Origin: Azolla caroliniana
Lineage: Eukaryota > Plantae > Polypodiophyta
Length of the DNA: 64,000 bases
NCBI GenBank assembly: GCA_043228905.1
Contig: JBHGNT010000012.1
Coordinates: forward strand, 11,718,001-11,782,000
Direction of reading: 5' to 3'
Both the position numbers and the translations under genes were made by a program. Position 1 is the stretch's first letter; every line of letters starts with the position of its first letter. Below are positions 62,842-64,000 of this stretch, in pieces. The notes beneath the pieces were generated by a model. That model made no database searches. It worked only from the letters and a program-made list of their open reading frames with translations, and was not told the origin of the DNA.

Positions 62842-63998
62842 TTACATAACAATCAATTTATCAACGCCATTTTCTTCATCATCTTGTGTAGAACTCTCTT
62901 CGGCTATACGTGCATTGGCTTCCCCTATTAGCCGAGCCAACGAAATATCTTCTATAAGCTCATCATCAAGCTCTATTAGCTCCCCCGGTTCGCCGGCTAA
63001 CGGAGGAATAGGCTCTCGTGAAGCAGGTTGAAACCTTTATGTATTAGCGAGGTTCTTTGCACCGACCTCCTCATCCTGGTTTGGGCACTCCCACAAAGCC
63101 TTAATCCGCATATTAATAAATATAACCTGCTCCTCGTCCTTCTCTAATGCAATTGTATTTCTAAAGAGCTTCAATGCACATGCAAACGTCATTCCTGTGA
63201 AGTAAGTAACAAGAAGATTTAGTTGTCAAACAAAAAAGATTCGGTATTGGTTATCTCAAGATCGTTACCCTAGTTCGAGGAATACCTGTGCCAGAAAAGA
63301 GATCTAATATCCAGTCTCCTTCGATAGAAAACATCTCAGGAAACCGTTGAGGTTTTTGATATGGGTTGACAAGTCCCCGTTTTGTCGTGGTGACATGTCG
63401 CAATTTTCGTGTCACTGTTGGATATACCAACAGATTTGAACCTCCCACTTCATTAGAATGCTCCTTGATTCTCTATTTCTTAATTTCATCGAAGTAGCCA
63501 ATCGTGATATATTCAATGGCATTAACGAACCAAAAAGTTGGCCCTCTATTTACATTGGTTTTTATCCTATAAAAAATAATACATCGAGTTAAGAATAGAT
63601 TGAACAACCTTAAGAAATGCAATATAGTGAATGACACCTATAAATAATCCTTACCATGCAAGGTTCTCGATGCCATGGCAACGAGATCTCAAAGCTTGAG
63701 CTACCGAGTACCCTTGGTCCATACTATGAAAGACAACTATTTGCCACAAGGATGCAGTCGTTAGCTCAGCGAAATCCTTGACCATCTTCTCCAATTGTTT
63801 AAACCTAAACGGTTCATCATCGTATGATGACCCAACCATTCGAAATCCGTAAGGAATATCCGCAATCATTAGCGTATATTCCTTTTTTGGCACTTTTTGG
63901 ATCAAATCGACGACATCGCCGCAAACCACATTGTAGTAAAGATCTATTGTAATATCTTTTTTGTGGCTAAATATTTTAAAGGAGCCATCTTCCTCCAT
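62842..63998 (-). pseudogene. Intron-containing beta-class N6-adenine/N4-cytosine DNA methyltransferase (possibly 5'-truncated by the window edge)
   Basis: Exons 63998-63655, 63566-63286 and 63194 onward splice (GT-AG) in frame. They give CGD..IADIPYG..LAWIK..AIEYI..NPYQKP..GDWILDLFSGTGMT..A..L.RN.IALEKD, with in-frame stops at 63475 and 63039. Confidence 0.8.
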
Positions 63999-64000
63999 TT

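Overview
Plant-type heterochromatic transposon nest. No intact host gene was recognised; the element families suggest a non-seed land plant such as a bryophyte, which is an inference. Positions 1-20 kb are a four-level stack of LTR retroelements resolved by TSDs: an old chromovirus contains copia A, which contains copia B, which contains a very young intact chromovirus (1476-aa gag-pol, TG..TA ends) and copia C. Positions 21.3-31.9 kb and 41.5-48.7 kb are two degenerate copies of a ~10-kb DNA-transposon-like unit. It carries a Sola2-type DDD transposase, a convergent spliced RING-H2 gene, an FCP1/SCP-like HAD exon, and introns filled with a TAGCTAATTAGCTA palindromic satellite. The rest is a mosaic of non-chromovirus gypsy, copia and solo LTRs, several with antisense tRNA-like A/B-box modules. 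The last 1.2 kb is an intron-containing, bacterial-type beta-class N6A/N4C DNA methyltransferase (pseudo)gene. All calls are from reading by eye; no searches were run.
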